Assembly: GCF_018350175.1 (NCBI RefSeq)
Contig: NC_058368.1
Span: forward strand, 234,858,001-234,922,000
Direction of reading: 5' to 3'
DNA length: 64,000 bases
Source of the DNA: Felis catus
Lineage: Eukaryota
Shown here: positions 12,808 through 25,689 of the stretch, in pieces
Numbering within the stretch: position 1 is the stretch's first letter
Layout: each line of letters opens with the position of its first letter
Program-made: the position numbers and the translations under genes
The notes under the pieces: model-generated
Told to the model about the DNA's origin: nothing
Databases searched by the model: none
The model's input: only the letters and a program-made list of their open reading frames with translations

Positions 12808-13162
12808 GTACACAGCACACTCGCGCACATGCACACACACACACACACACACGGACCCACAAGCACACAATTACACACATGTTCAGACACACTCAGGCAC
12901 ACGCAAGCACGCACACCACACTCACACAGGCAAACACGCACAAGTACACAAACATACACCACACACACGTTTGCACACGCATAGACACAGACGTCACACA
13001 CAAACACACATCATACGCACTCATACGCACACATGCCCATAGACACATACACCACAAACACACACAGACACGCGGACACACGCACACGCAAATGCACCAC
13101 AAACTCGTACACACTCAGAGACACATGTATGCACACACAGATACACACACACGCAAACACAC
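12808..13162. repeat. Degenerate CA-rich low-complexity tract
   Basis: About 350 bp of interrupted CA repeats; source of the His/Thr-rich ORFs. Confidence 0.9.
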
Positions 13163-13451
13163 TGTGGAAAGACACGAGACTTCACACTCTCCAGAGAGCT
13201 TTGGGGCCAGGTACCCCCTCACCTCTCTTTTCCCCTCCTTGGTTGCCCTGGGCCCAAGCTGACTGGTCAGCTGCAGCCCAGACACGGAGCAGGGGGGCGG
13301 GGAGCTCGTGCAGGTGACCGAGGCGGCCGGGTCCGGGCTGCGGGTGTGAAGGGCTTCATGCACACATATCTCTGGTGTTTCCATCGCCTGCTAAGGTATT
13401 TTTCTGCCATATAATCTCCCCTCTCTCTCTCCTGCCTTAAATAATAACTTT

Positions 13452-13637
13452 TTAAAAAATGTTTAGTTTGAGAGGGAGAGCGCGCAAGCGGGGAGGGGCA
13501 AGGAGAGAGGCAGACAAAGCAGGCTCCACTGTCAGTGCAGAGCCCGATGCAGGGCTCGATCTCACAAACCATGAGATCATGACCTGAGCCGAAACCGAGA
13601 GTCGGGGGCTCAACCGACTGAGCCACCCAGACGCCCC
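13452..13637 (-). mobile_element. Can-SINE
   Basis: Reverse SINE body ending CCCAGACGCCCC; TAATAACTTT near both flanks. Confidence 0.88.
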
Positions 13638-16119
13638 TCCCTTTGGTAATAACTTTGGATGGGGTATGGTCTTCATCCTTTCCTGAAACTTATTTTAATC
13701 TGAAATTAGTTTTCCTGAATTCTCAGAAGGAAACACGATTCAGGAATGATGTGAGGACTTGACAGGCCCCCTGTAGGCTGCGTCATGTAGTGATCCAAGA
13801 ATGTGGCTTTTGGATCCAGGGGTCCTGGCTCTTTCCCCTCCCTGTCGTGCAGCCGGCATCACTTTCTTTCTCTGGGTGTCCTTGTCCCACTCTGTTTATT
13901 CCCACAGTCGCCACTCCTCCGTGTGGGGCCCTGGCCGGGGGTCGGGAGCCCCTGGGGGCCGCCCTGCCTGTCTGGATGAGCCGGCCTGCCCTTTGCCTCC
14001 ATCCTGACAGACATGGACGAGGGGCAGGGCTTGGCTTGCTGGTCACTTACGGGGTCGCCCAAATTGCAGACGGGTTTACGGGAACAGGGGTTCGCGCTCT
14101 CTGGTCTGGCTCTCCAGTGGTTCCTCTGCATGTTGGGAGTTAGGACAGTAAATGCTGAGGCTCAAACACCATGCCGGTGTCCTCCCAGGGTCTCCCCCGC
14201 CCCCATGCCCTTTGGACGGTTTTCCCTTCCCGGTGCGCCTCCTCCCTTCATCCCAACCCAGGCCCTGCAAGCAGAGCCGAGCTGACTCATGAGCTCCTGG
14301 GCCACACGGTGCCCCCCGGGTCTGCTCTGTTCCTGCCCTGCCTTCTCCTTTCTCAGAGCGGCTGCCCTGGCCCCTGTGTCAGGGAGCCCCCGCCTCACGC
14401 TCGGCCCTGCCTGAGAATCGGGGGGACTCTTCCCCACACGCCTTCTGGTGCCAACGACGATGACATCCCACGCGTCCGGGTCTTTCCCTTGCGGCCTCTG
14501 CCACCTCAAGGCCCCGCTCCCTGTCACCCTCTCTCCAAGCCTCCTGGGCACCGGCCCCACCTCGTCCGTGGAAGGTTCCTCTCTGCTGCCCCCTGCCACA
14601 CATTTGCCATTGTCCTTCTATGTCAGGGGCTGCTGTCCGGCTGCTGTCCCGTCCCATGAATTCCACTCCTCGCCATCGTCTCCCACGGCCAGTCGTCAGG
14701 GAGAACTGTCAAGGCCTTGAGCCCAGTCTAGTACCATTACTCACTTCTCACCTGGAGCTCCTGATGCCCATATCCATCCCAAGTCTCCACGTGGACGGCC
14801 CGCAAGTGTAAGGAAGTGAGCAGTCTACAGCTGGATGTGGCCTCTCGTGTGTCCTCTGTGCTGCCCATCGGTCCACTTGTACAAGCCAGGAAGCCAAGTC
14901 CTTCCTCGCCACCAACCTCCTCACCATCCGCACCCAGAGACAGCCCCACACGGCGGATCCTACCTCCGCGACCACATCCCTACCCTCCTCTTTTCCTCAC
15001 CTTGTGTCAGGTGAACACAAGCTCCTTCTGAGTATTGCAAAGCCTCCTGAGCGGCCTCTCTGTCCCTGCCTGGTCCTCTCCACCCATCCTAATGTCGCAA
15101 CAGGCGCATTCTGTGGCAATCACACTTCTCCAAAAACCCTCCGGTGCCTCCCCACAGCCTGTAAGTGTTGGCTGCCACTTCCCTTCCCGGATTTTCCTCT
15201 CCACCTGCTCACATCTAACCCCTTTCCAGATGCCCCTTTCAAAATAATTCCCTTGGCCCCTTTCCCTTCAGAGTTTTCCACACATGACTACCAGGCTCTT
15301 CAAGGGCCCCCTCCCTGGCCTGGTCACCATGCAATGCATCAGGGGCCACCTGCCACCCCTCCCACACCTCCCACCAGCCTCCCGGCCTCCCAGCCCACAG
15401 GAGTGGATAGCCCTCCAGCAGCATCCACGATAGAGAAACCACCTGTTTGTTCGTCTGTGTCCACGCAGGGTTTTGTACTCCTCGTGGGTGTTCACTGACA
15501 CGAATATATAATTAGAATAGCAAATTTTACACATGTCATTTTAGCATGTGGATACAACCCCATTACCTGGGAGTATTGGCTTGTTCAGTCATTTTAAAGG
15601 AGAGTCAAGATGGAAAGATGATGCATCCATTAGAGCGTTTTAAAGTGGACACAGATGCTTGAGACTTTGTGCTCCATTTCGCATCATTCGGAAATATTTG
15701 TATGTTCGCCATGGAATTTCCAGTTGTCTGTTTAGAATAAGTTTAACCGCAGGCTTAGTTTCTTGATAACTATATGGAGAAATACTAGAAAAAAATCATT
15801 GTCAAAAGTTATGAGCCTGTCATTTTGAAAAATGGTCAAATCCAAAGCCTTGAAGGTTGTATCAATGGAGGCTGAGTGTCTATTCATGTAAATTATGAAA
15901 TTACATGTAAATATGAAATTACATGTAAATTCATGTAAATTACTTTACAAGGGCATTTGGGGCTGATAAGACCACATCAGCAGTATCGGGTGCAGCAGTC
16001 GGGGTGTAGATTAGACTCTACGTTCCCTTCAAACTTGAAGATTCTGGAATTTTCCATATAGAACACCTTTCGAGCACACCCACTCATGTGATATGAGAGA
16101 GAGAGAACTGTTGTATCTG

Positions 16120-16640
16120 TGAATATTAGACACTTCTTATGTGCCACATTAGGCCATCAGGGATCTGTTCAGGGGCCTTTGACGAATTGTTTCCCCCTGG
16201 CCCTCATCAACATGCTGCTTCGTCATATGGGCCTTCCAGCCAACTCCTTATGGACACCAGCCTATAGCCCCGTGCCTCATGTGAGGGCCACGCGTCTCAT
16301 CTGACTCCTGCCTCAGCATTTCCCGGGATGTGCTGAGTGCCCACATGCGCCCAACCTGAACGTACAGGGGTAAGTAATGCCTTAGGGAGAGAATTTGTCA
16401 GCAATGAGGGAGCAAGCTGGAGGATGTAGTCTTTCTCTTTTTCTTCCCAGAAGGACTGTTCCGAAAATCAGTCATTTATACAGCCTCTGGAAAGAAAGCC
16501 CCACGGTTTGAGTAAATGGCTGGACATAATAAAAACGGCGTTTTGATGACGCACTTTTGTATTGGTCCACTCCTCCTTCCTGGCTTGCACCTGTTTTCAA
16601 GTAGTCACACAGGGTCCCTTTGTTTCAGGCTCTGTTGAAA
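16120..16640. mobile_element. Possible ancient ERVL-class LTR relic (LTR16-like)
   Basis: Weak resemblance only (e.g. end CCCTTTGTTTCAGGCTCTG); boundaries uncertain. Confidence 0.3.
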
Positions 16641-17884
16641 TGGAGATACGAAAACAAAACAACTAAAGGACACTGGGAATGCGGAAGAGAAGATGAATAA
16701 TCATGACTGGGAAGATTAGAAAGACTTCATAGAAAAGGATCAGAAACCAAGTTTACAGGCGCAAGTACATGTCAACGCCCAAGAAGCAAAGTCAAGCAGA
16801 ATGGGAGTCTGAGAGTGGGTCCTGTGTGTCCAAGCCGGGCCTGCCTGAACATCAAGAACTTGGATGCCCCGTGAAGTGACTGGGTTCAGGTTGGCTGATC
16901 AGAAGTAGAGCTGATCTTGCAGTTCCCCTGAGACCAAGTATTTCCTGATGCCCAAGGGGTAAGTGGCCGCTCCCCCAGCACCAGCCTGTGACTGCGGGGC
17001 CAGTCAGATAATGGCAAACACTATATGCACGGGGTTTTATGATCCTCACAATGGCTAGAAACTTCCAGATTGGTTTCACCACTTTTTAAGACTTTCACAT
17101 TCTTGAGCTTGGATCCGAGCAAGGGAGGTAAACGTGCACCTGGGTGTTTGAGTGCATTGCCCACCTAGAGGAAGGTGGGTTGGACGCGAAGTTTCAATAC
17201 GGGCTATCCTGTCCTAAAGCCCAGTTATACTCTTCTTGTAAAAGTTGGCGTGGGGACTGGAGGCTGTCGAGCATCTATGGAGCCATCGAAGGTTTTCTGT
17301 CTGGGATTGCACCTGAGAGTCCAGGCCACCCTCACCAGAAGACAGACAAGAATGGTGAGCTTGGTGACCACAGTCACAAAGAGGGGGTATGAGCAGCTGT
17401 GGATGTTGGTCACCCACTGTGACCATCTCCCGGTTGGACTCCAGGTTAGAATTGTCCCTACAGAAAAGGGCAACCCGGGAGGCTCTTAAAACTCCTGCTC
17501 AGTCCTTCCAGTTTTGGAGACTGCTGTAGGTAGGGATGTAATAGCTTCGGGCCGTGTGGAAACAGAACTGAAATCAAAGACACGGCCTCTGGCCTTGGGG
17601 AGTTTCTAGGTGAAGAGGCAGCCATTCTTTTTGTTTTCAGGATGAAGTTGCCTTTTCTTCTCTAGTCTCTGCTGTTGAATTATAAATAACAGGCATTGCT
17701 AGTGCACACTGAAAGCTTCCGTAACTTCCTCAGATTCTCAGAGGGGTCCGTGACCTCTATAGGATGAAGATCCATTGATTTAGAAAAAATGACATTTCTT
17801 CATCAGACATGATTTGGATTTTCCCCTACACTGTAATTCAGAAGGAAACATCATGGCCCTCTTCTACTGTCAATGTGCCTCTGC

Positions 17885-17888
<4 letters not shown>

Positions 17889-17915
<27 letters not shown>
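17889..17915. repeat. (GT)n microsatellite
   Basis: Read directly from the sequence. Confidence 0.9.
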
Positions 17916-18868
17916 CACACGTGCATGTATTTTTTAATAAAACTAATTTTATGCAAACCGAGAAGACAGGGTCTCCCCCAGGCTTGTGTCTGCCAAGTCA
18001 CTGACATCAAAAGAAAATTATTTTTCTCGTCTAGCTATAAAACAAAGATTTAAGCTTATCCACACAGTTGGCTAACTTATTGAAATATTGAAATCAACAA
18101 GCCCAGGAAGAAAAAGGAAAGTCCCCGATTCAAGTGCATTTTTTCCCTTGATTAGGAGAAAATGGATGTGCAGGTAGCACGGGCTCCTTTGCAGTCAAAA
18201 GGGCAGCCGAGCCCGAGCATGGGCTCACTGTTCTTTCCACTTCCCTCCCTCTCGGGGTTATATGCCGCACTGTACTGTGACTGCAGCAGGCTGTAAATGA
18301 TGTATGAAATTTCAGAAAAAAAATCCCATGCCAGGGCACTCAGCCAGACTCTGTATTCACAGCTATTTTTGCTACTGAGGCTCAGAGGTGGCTGGGAAAG
18401 CAAAGCCTACACGGAGAGAAACAACCACCAGGACACTCAGTGATGCTTTTAAAAAAATCAATGTTGCTCCTTCCTCCTTCGTCTTCCTTCCCCTCTCGTA
18501 GGAAGAGTGTCAAGCAAAATATTTCAACAGAAGCAAACATCTTAAAATAAACCAGCTCAGTCATTCTTTGAACCAGGTTTCAAACCAACATTTGACGGGG
18601 TCGATCTCTACCTCCCTGGAAGGTAGGGTGGGAAGATGGCCCATCACGTACTCCCCTGCTCCCACATGTGGCTGAGACCAGGGCCAGTGGTCTATGAAAG
18701 TCGGTGATCATGATGCATGTCAATTAAGCATTTTCTTACAGTATGTCATGTGTAAGTATATTTATGAACTTAAGGTTTATAATCCATTGTATCATCGTCA
18801 ATGTCCCAAGACAGTATGCAGACTTGGAGAAAGGTCATTAATTGACAATAGTGAAAATAAATCCATCT

Positions 18869-19082
18869 TTTTTTAAAGTTTATTTATTTATTTTGAGACA
18901 GAGAGAGAGAGAGAGCAAGCAGGGGAGGGACAGAGAGAGAGGGAGAGAGAGATAATCCCAAGCAGGCTCCATGCTGTCAGCTCAGAGCCCCAACACAAGG
19001 CTTGAACTCATGAACCATGAGATCATGACCTGAGCTGAAATCAAAGTTGGACGCTTAACCGACTGAGCCACCCAGGTGCCCC
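18869..19082 (-). mobile_element. Can-SINE
   Basis: TSD AAATCCATCT at 18859-18868 and 19083-19092. Confidence 0.93.
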
Positions 19083-19857
19083 AAATCCATCTGTAAAATA
19101 CACTTCTTGATAAACTCAAGTGTTTTGGCCAACTTCACAGCTGCATATGTGGTCAGGTTATTTCATTCGACAAATAGGTATTTAATGATTATCTGTCTTC
19201 CCTCAATAAAGGTAAGTTCCATAAGAGTAGGGAACTGTGTTTGTGTTGAGAATCATACATAATTAAGAGGTGTGTGAGATGTAAAGGAGTGGGTGCCCTT
19301 TTAGTTAGTCATTCCAGGGAAGGCTTCAATAAGAGGGCGATATTTGTATCTAGTCTCGGAGGCCGTGAGAGACAGGACAAGGCAGACAGGCAGCCGGAGA
19401 GGGTTTCAGGCAGAGGGAGAAGACTTTTACAGAATAGCTCAGTTGACACAAATGTTTAAGGGTTAGCTTAGTTTTGCCCATTTCTCCTGTGTACTTAAGG
19501 GGACACTTCTTTGGGAGAACCACCGAAGAGTGCAATGCTGAATCATAGGAGAGGTGTTAAGTTTAACTTCTTAAGAAGTTTCAAAGTGTTTCCCAAAGTG
19601 GCTTTATGCCCCAGTGGTGTGTGAAGGTTTCAGTGCCCTCACACGCTCCCCAACACCTGTCGGCCAGCTTTTAAACTCCTCAGCATTTGATAGTGGTATC
19701 TCATTGCGATCTTAATTCGCATTGCCTTCATGAATGGTGATGCTGAGCGTCTTTAACGTGCTTACTGGCCATCAGTATTTCTTTTTCAGTCACATAGTGA
19801 CCAAATGGACATTCTAATCATTTGCCAACTTTTTAATTGGTTTGTTTATACGTGTAT

Positions 19858-20191
19858 CTCTATGGTCTGAATGTTTCTGCCTCCCCCAAATTCATAGCCC
19901 CCAAAGGTGATGGTTTTAGAAGATGGGGCTTTTGAGAGGTGGTGAAGTTGTGGGAATGAATGGGATCCATTCCATCATAAAAGAGGCCCCAGGGAGCTCC
20001 CTCACTCCTTCCTCCAGGTGAGGACACAGAGAGAAGACACCCATCTCTAAATCAGGAAGTGGCCTCGCCAGACAGAAGAGTGTCTTCATCTTGGACTCCA
20101 GATCTTCACACTGTGAGAAATCACTTTCTGTGGTTTATAAGTCATGCCATTTGTGTTATTTTGTTAACAGCAGCCTCAACACACTAAGGCA
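19858..20191 (+). mobile_element. MLT1A-like MaLR solo LTR inside the L1
   Basis: TATGGTCTGAATGTT...CCCCCAAATTCATA start, GTGAGGACACAG, TGTGAGAAAT, ACTAAGGCA end. Confidence 0.85.
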
Positions 20192-22068
20192 CTTAATCAT
20201 TGGTTTTGAGTCCTCTTTATAAATCCTGGATAAATGTCCGTTTTCAGGTGTATGATTTGACAACATTTTCTCCCAGACCAGGGCTGGTCTCTTCATTCTC
20301 TAAACAGTTGTTCCAAAGGCAGACATTTTTAATTTTAATAAAGTCCAACTTAGCAGGAGTTTCCTCTGTGGATCTGCTTTTGAGGTATTAAAAAATCCTT
20401 GCCCAACTTAAGATCCCAAAAATGCACTCTTCCATTGTCTTCCAGAAGTTTTCAAATTTTCAGTTTTATACTTAGGTCTATAGTCCATTTGGAGTTCACT
20501 TCTATATGTGGTGAAAGGTGTAGTTTGAGTTTCTTGGTTGGTTTTTTTTTTTTTTTTAAATATATGGATATCCAAATGTTTCAGCACTGTTTGCAAAAAG
20601 ACTGTTCCTAATGCGTTGAATTGCATTTGTACCATTTTTGAATCAATTGTACACATGTGTGCATTTACATCTTCTATTTTGTTCCATTGATCAATTTGTC
20701 TATTTCTACACCAATACTACAGTCTCCTGGCAACTACCACTTTGTTAGAAGTCATGAAACTAGGCTGTATTCACCCTCTAGATCTGTTCTTCTTTGTTAA
20801 AGTTATTTTGCCCACTTCTAGCATTTCCATGAGTTTTAGAATCAATTTGTCAATTTCTACCAAAAAAAAAAAAAAAAAAACCAGGCAAATCAACATGTTA
20901 ACAATAGTGAGTTTTTTGACTCTTGTACATGATATAGCTCTCTATTTACCTAGTTCTCCTTTAATTTCTGTCAGCAATATTTTGTTATTTTCAGTGTGCT
21001 GTTCTCTCATATCTTCGGACGGACTTATTCTTAATTATTCAATTTTTTGGTGCTATTGCTAATGTTTTTGTTGGCTTAATTTGAATTGCCAATTTATTTG
21101 TTGCAAACATATATAAACAGGGTTGACTTTAATATATTGATTTGTACGCTGTAGATTTGTTACACTAGTTATTGGTTCTAGTAGGTTTTTTTAAAAGAAT
21201 TTTTTGGATCTCTTCCACAGACGATCATGTCATTCGTGATGGATGCTTTTTTCTTTTCTTCCCTCATATGGCTGTACTGGCAAGAACCTCCAACATAACA
21301 TTGAACAGAAGTGGTGACAGCATTGCTCACATCTTGGCCTTGATCTTCCGGGGAGAGCATTCGGTCTTCTACCTTTAAGCGTGATGTTAACCACTTTTTC
21401 ATGGGTGACCTTTATCAGTGTGAGGGAGATTCCTTTTATTCCTAGTGTGTGGAGCATTTTTATCAGAAGTTTGCTTGAGTCCATCAAATGTTTTCCTGTG
21501 CCTGTTTAGAAAACCAGATGACTTTTCTTTTCTAGGTTGTTAATGTGGTTAAATTACATTGACTGGTTTTGGAATGTCGATCCAACCTTGCCTTCTTGAG
21601 AAAAACCCAACTTAGTCATGAGGAATGTTTAATATGTGATTTGGGTTCTCTTTGCTAAAATTCTGTTTAGAATTATGTGTCTGTGTTCATGAGGGAGTAT
21701 TGGTGAGTAGCTTTCTTTTTCTGTGATGTCTTTGTCTGCTTTTAGTATCAAAGTGATGCTGGCCTCATAAACGATTTGGGAACACTCCTCTCATTTTCAA
21801 TTTCTGGAAGAGTTTGTGCAGAATTGGTACGGTTTCATTCTTACATTTTTGGTGGAATTTACCAAGGAAACCTTTTAGGCCTAGAATTTTCTTTTTGGGA
21901 AAGTTTATGACAAATTAAAAAAAAATAAAGGATATGGCTCTGTTCAGATGACCTGTTTCTTCTTGAGTGAACTTTGATAACTGGTGTTTTTCAAGGACTT
22001 TGTCCATTTCATCTAAGTTTTCAAATTCATTGCCCTGAAGATATTTATCATATATTCATAAACCTTTT

Positions 22069-22276
22069 TTTTTCAACGTTTATTTATTTTTGGGACAGAG
22101 AGAGACAGAGCATGAACGGGGGAGGGGCAGAGAGAGAGGGAGACACAGAATCGGAAACAGGCTCCAGGCTCCGAGCCATCAGCCCAGAGCCTGACGCGGG
22201 GCTCGAACTCACGGACCACGAGATCGTGACCCGGCTGAAGTCGGACGCTTAACCGACTGCGCCACCCAGGCGCCCC
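22069..22276 (-). mobile_element. Young felid Can-SINE (SINEC_Fc type)
   Basis: Perfect TSD TATTCATAAACCTTTT at 22053-22068 and 22277-22292. Confidence 0.95.
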
Positions 22277-23470
22277 TATTCATAAACCTTTTAACAGCCA
22301 TAGAACCAGTAGTGAGGTTGCCTCTTTAATTCCTGATATTGACAAAATCTACCTTCTCTCATTTTTTAATCAGTCTGCCTCCAGGTTCATCAGTTTTGCT
22401 GATATTCTCAAAAAACTAGCTATTGATTTCATTGATTTTCTCTCTTTTAAGTTTTCTATTTCCTTGAGTTTTCCTCTGATCTTTATTGTTTCTTTTTCTT
22501 CTGCTTGTTTTGAATTTCATGTGCTCTTTCTTTTCTAGTTCCTCAAGGTGGAAACTTAAGTCATTTATTTGAGAATATATATTTTTTTCAGGCATCAACA
22601 GGTAGAGCTAAATGCGCCCTCCTCCAAACACTGCTTTGGCAGCATTCCACAAATTTTATTACAGAGTGTTTTTATTTTTCTCCAGTTCAAAATGTTCTCC
22701 AGCTTTCCTTTAGATTTTTCCTCTGATGCTCTCATATTATGCACTTTCCAAATATCCACGGATTTTCCAGAAAGCTCTCTGGTTTAGATTTCTAAGGGAA
22801 TTAGTTGTGGCCAGCAAATATACTTGTAAATTTGATGAGCTTTGTTTTACGGCATTAATACGGTCGATGTTGGTAAAAAATTCTGTGGGCACTTGCAAGA
22901 GCATGTATTCTGCTCTTCGCTTGGTGGGGTTTTCTATAAATGCCAAGGAGGTCAAGGTGGTTGATGGTGCTATTTAAATCTTTTATATCCTTACTGATTT
23001 TCTGTTCACTTCGTCAATTATTGAGAGAGGGAGATTGCCATATTTGAGTATAATGGCGGATTTATCTTTTTCTCCTATTTTTCAGTAATGTGGTATTTTC
23101 CTGATTCATTGCATGCCTGGGAATCTTTTACTGGCAGACAAGCTTTGAATTCTACCTTGTTGGCCCTCGGATAGTTTTGCATTTCCAGAAGTGTTCTTGA
23201 GCTTTGTTCTGAGGTGTAGTTAAGCCACCTGTAAGCAGTTTGAACCGTTTGGGTCTCGCTTTTAATATTTGTTAGGCAGGACAGAGCAGTGGTTGGTTCA
23301 GGGATGATCCTGTCTGTGGAGGCAAGACCCAGCTGAGAGTACTCTGCCCAGCATCTCATGAACCTTGCAAACAGTGGCTGCTGCAGGGCTCAGCTCGCTT
23401 TTTTGCCTGCCTACCAAGGACAACCATCCCTCATCGCCTGACTTCCAGTGTCTTGAAAATCATCATGTCC

Positions 23471-23714
23471 GGGGCGCCTGGGTGGCGCAGTCGGTTAAGC
23501 GTCCGACTTCAGCCAGGTCATGATCTCGCGGTCCGTGAGTTCGAGCCCCGCGTCAGGCTCTAGGCTGATGGCCCGGAGCCTGGAGCCTGTTTCCGATTCT
23601 GTGTCTCCCTCTCTCTCTGCCCCTCCCCGTTCATGCTCTGTCTCTCTCTGTCCCAAAAATAAATAAAAACAATGAAAAAAAATTTAAAAAAAAAGAAAAA
23701 AGAAAAAAAAAAAA
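23471..23714 (+). mobile_element. Young felid Can-SINE (SINEC_Fc type) with long A tail
   Basis: Perfect TSD GAAAATCATCATGTCC at 23455-23470 and 23715-23730. Confidence 0.95.
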
Positions 23715-24033
23715 GAAAATCATCATGTCCTAAATCCTAAATCCTAAATTTTGTCCATTTTTTCCTTTCAAGGGAGAGGGTGTATTCAGACCCGGTGACT
23801 AATTCACGTTAGCTAGAAGCAGAAGTCAAGAACCTGTGTCCTTAGGGAGGTGTGGATATGAGGTGTGGGATCCTGTCTGCCCATTGGCATCTGCCAGAGA
23901 GTGACTGACAGGAGTGTTCTCTCTGGACCCACGACTACTGGGAACCACCTGGTATCTCTGTGCATGTACTCTAGAAGCCTATTTTGTAAAATATAGCTAC
24001 GTAAAATTGGGGAATACAATTCTTAAAACTACT

Positions 24034-24222
24034 TATTTTATTTATTTTTGGGAGAGCACGAGTGGGGGCAGGGCAGAGAGAGAGGGACAGAGGATCCAAA
24101 GTGGGCCCTGCGTTGACAGGCTGACAGCAGTGAGCCTGACATGGGGCTTGAACTCACGAACTGTGAAGTCATGACCTGATCCCAAGTTAGACGCTCCACC
24201 AGCTGATCTTCCCAGGTGGTGC
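24034..24222 (-). mobile_element. Can-SINE (diverged)
   Basis: TTTATTTATTTTT tail, GGGCAGAGAGAGAGGG, GGGGCTTGAACTCACGAAC. Confidence 0.85.
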
Positions 24223-24399
24223 CGCAGGTAATAGGATTTTTAAATCTATTTACGTTGGTCCATTTAAGCTGCAAAGCAATCAAGTGAGGAACTGAATGAG
24301 GTGCCGCTTCCTGCGGTGTTGGGTCATGGCGCCTCTCAGGAAACACCCGTCCATCAGCAGCGACATGCACGCAGATCAAGGGCGCAATTAGAGTGTTAT

Positions 24400-25450
24400 T
24401 AAACATTAGGGACACGTACTTCCTTTCTCACTACAACTTAATACAAACAGGAGCTCTTAAATTCCCATCTCACAGCCCAAGGCTCATTTTGCTCCCCGCC
24501 CCTGCGGGAGCAAAACCTTTCTTGAAAACCTTTCTGTGGAGGAACCCCGACCGTGGTCTTTTTCTCATATGGGTCCCCCAATCACATGCCTTGCACTTCC
24601 TAGCACATCAGTGATAAAACTGTCGACAATGAAATAGGTCTCATAGGGACCACTGGTAGCTGTTCAGGGTTCCAGTCGGTATTATGTCCATATTCGTATG
24701 TCCTGAGATACGGTGTCCTGTTTCTAACTCTGCCCGGGCATAGGGGAAATAGATATTGCATTTGTTCAGCTTCCCCATGGAGCAGGACCCACACCATTTC
24801 TTCGCTTTGTTAGGCAAAGAGATGACTCACCTCTCCATAAAACACTTTCTTTGTTATCCCTAATTTTCACACATCAAGATGACAGACAACAAGATTCATT
24901 TTTATTCAAGATTCCCCCTTGACTCAGGATGGAATATTAACTCCCCACAAAAGCACCACCACACAGCTAAGATTTTACTTTTTTCTCCATCAGAACACTA
25001 TTTCAGGGCCTTGAATGGAAATACTGATGGTGTTAATATAACCATTCTTCTACCAAAATTATTTCTTACAGCTTGTCAGAAGCAGTGTTGGCTAGATAAT
25101 AAGTCCAACGCCTGTGCTAATTTCCTCTTAATAAATTCATGTGGGACTATTAGTAGCAGGAGTTCCCAACCCCATCTTCGTCTCCTCGAATTTTTAATGC
25201 TTGAATTCCTATCTTCAGACCCCATTTGTCACCAAGTAGTTAGCTTACTTGTTGGCATCTTCTGCCCCCAAGTTGAATTAATGAAACCTCTATTGTGGAA
25301 ATGACCTTCAATCAGCACGGCTTCTCATTTCCCATCTTCTTATACTTTAATGGAACGTGCTTCCCACTCTTCCCGCCCGATGCTGTTAAATGTGTGTGGT
25401 CGGACACACAGAACAAAGGTAACTTAGAAGATGGGTATAGTTCCTCAGGT
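24400..25450 (-). mobile_element. Possible ancient ERVL/Gypsy internal (pol) relic
   Basis: Frameshift-repaired minus-strand peptide LVEE-G-ILTPSVFPF (25056-25010) resembles the RT N-terminal motif; see findings. Confidence 0.35.
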
Positions 25451-25689
25451 TACATTTTAAAAAAAAATGAGATATGAACAGTAATCTCACTTTTTTTAAT
25501 TACTGATTCTCCATTTTATGGGTATAGCACAATTGTTTGTCTGTTTTTCTCTCAGTGGACATATGGATTTTTCCCCCAGTTTTTGTAGCTATCTATTTTT
25601 TTATACAAATCTTTTGTTGACATAAGTTTTCATCTTTTTTTCTCAAGTAATTACATTGGAGTGGAATTGTCAGTCTTATTTTGCTCTTG

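Larger units (their letters stand above)
19480..23830 (-). mobile_element. Old L1 (mostly ORF2 relic, L1M-type), interrupted by MLT1 and SINEs
   Basis: Minus-strand peptides LIKMLHTLGIKGISLTLIK, LEELEKKEHMKFKTSRRK and AEYMLLQVPTEFFTNID resemble L1 ORF2p segments; many stops and frameshifts. Confidence 0.85.

Noticed and set aside
12208..13262. 258-aa and 160-aa ORFs
   Set aside because: They are extended by the stop-free CA-rich tract; no recognisable domain.
13764..13782. CTCF-like motif (also near 1720, 35425 and 59690)
   Set aside because: Each has mismatches in the core; cannot be supported without PWM scoring or ChIP data.
17408..17424. GGTCA-n7-TGACC inverted half-sites
   Set aside because: The spacer is 7 bp, not the 3 bp of an oestrogen response element; compatible with chance.
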